A stretch of 64,000 nucleotides of DNA from positions 54,923 through 118,922 of the IMG/VR virus record IMGVR_UViG_3300021404_000006. The stretch is one strand, 5' to 3'. Below are positions 62,894 through 64,000 of the stretch, in pieces; position 1 is the first letter of the stretch; the number at the start of each line of letters is the position of its first letter. The translations under genes and the position numbers were made by a program. A model generated the notes under the pieces. That model was not told where the DNA came from. It saw only the letters and a list, made by a program, of their open reading frames with translations, and searched no databases. The stretch comes from a virus.

Positions 62894-63820
62894 ACATGCA
62901 GGTCAGAGCATGTTTCCGTTAGGTTTGTTCGATGAAACGGCCCAAAACCCGGGTATATTGTACCGTTATGTCCGTTTCGCCAAGTCAAGACTTCTGGCAA
63001 GATTTTTCCTAGATTTCACGTTTCCGCAGGTCAGAAGCCTAAAAAAGTTTTTCAACCCTGCTGGGCAGGCCTGCACACGCGCACACGCGTACACGCGCGC
63101 ATGCGTACGTGTGCGTGTTCCTCTGTTGGGGCTTGAAGGCGGCAGAACGGGCCTGTAACCAGCCTGGTTAACCTCTCGCGTGTGCCTGCCTAACCCGGCT
63201 GGTTAAAGCGCTCAGATTGGCTCTGTGCGGCTCAAAGGTTGCTACGTGCGAAGCAAGTATCGTGCCGGTTCCAGCCGACTAGACCTGGTGTGATTGGTCC
63301 AATGTAAGATTTCCTGCGGTAGCACATCGTGGCGGGAAGATTTGCGGAATCGCCAGCAGTTCCAGGCGCGATGGGCAAAAGGGACATATCACGATTTATC
63401 ACGATTTATCGGGGCGACAAACCGGACATTTCGGACGGACAAAACGGACATGTCCGGCATGTCATAGCAAGCAAGATTTCCTGCCTGATCTAGCTTTCGC
63501 AGGAAAAACCAGCATCTAGACCTGTTGAGATTGGTCTGAATTCGAGAGAACTTTCTAGCAGGTTAGGGCTGGAAGGCTACATTGGTGGTTCTAGAACCAA
63601 TTCTAGAATGACGTTTCCGCTGGTCACAGGCTTGCCCTGCCCGCAATGTCCGTATCCGTCCACATTCCAGGCTTTCGATTTACCAGCCCTAGCCATATCG
63701 AACTGTAGCTATCGCGAGATCTAGGCAGGCTAGGTATCCACCACCTAGACCGGGCTAAAGTCCGGCTACGTGGCTCTCAGAGCCCTTACAGGCCATGGTC
63801 TGGCTTGCCCTAGTTTGTCT

Positions 63821-64000
63821 AGCCACAGAGCCAAGCCATAGGCATAGCCAAGCCACAGAGCCAAGCCATAGGCAGAGCCATAGGCAGAGCCATAGGCAGA
63901 GCCATAGGCAGAGCCATAGGCAGAGCCATAGGCAGAGCCATAGGCAGAGCCATAGGCAGAGCCATAGGCAGAGCCATAGGCAGAGCCATAGGCAGAGCCA
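63821..64000. repeat. 12-bp tandem repeat (AGCCATAGGCAG)n running off the window edge
   Basis: About 11.4 perfect units from 63864 to 64000, preceded by degenerate AGCCA units. Confidence 0.95.

Overview
This is a 64-kb segment of a large, high-GC actinobacteriophage, most likely infecting a filamentous soil actinomycete (inferred from an SsgA-family gene, GC-rich codon usage and secreted glycan-active proteins). No capsid, tail or terminase genes are in the window. Replication and nucleotide genes: ThyX, class II ribonucleotide reductase, SNF2 helicase, Cas4-like exonuclease, primase-SF3 helicase, RuvC-like resolvase and a family-A DNA polymerase split into two genes. Envelope and glycan genes: a multidomain endolysin, a papain-like peptidase, GH27 and GH16 glycoside hydrolases, a beta-helix secreted protein, and LysM, DUF4232 and Ltp-like proteins. 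The right arm is a ~19-kb leftward run of small early-type genes. The most notable signals are RNA-based. (1) A Ro60/TROVE gene is preceded by four tandem Y RNAs that share one Ro-binding stem but carry different cargo modules. (2) A ~1.2-kb ORF-free, hairpin-dense candidate large ncRNA or leader (61650-62860, minus strand) with a duplicated GNRA-hairpin module heads the early operon. (3) Two smaller structured-RNA candidates. Also present: a stand-alone GGQ release-factor-like protein, arrays of 21-41 aa microproteins below the ORF-track cutoff, an HNH insertion flanked by a 32-bp duplication, many apparent leaderless promoters, and a 12-bp tandem repeat running off the right end. All calls come from reading motifs by eye; no searches were run.
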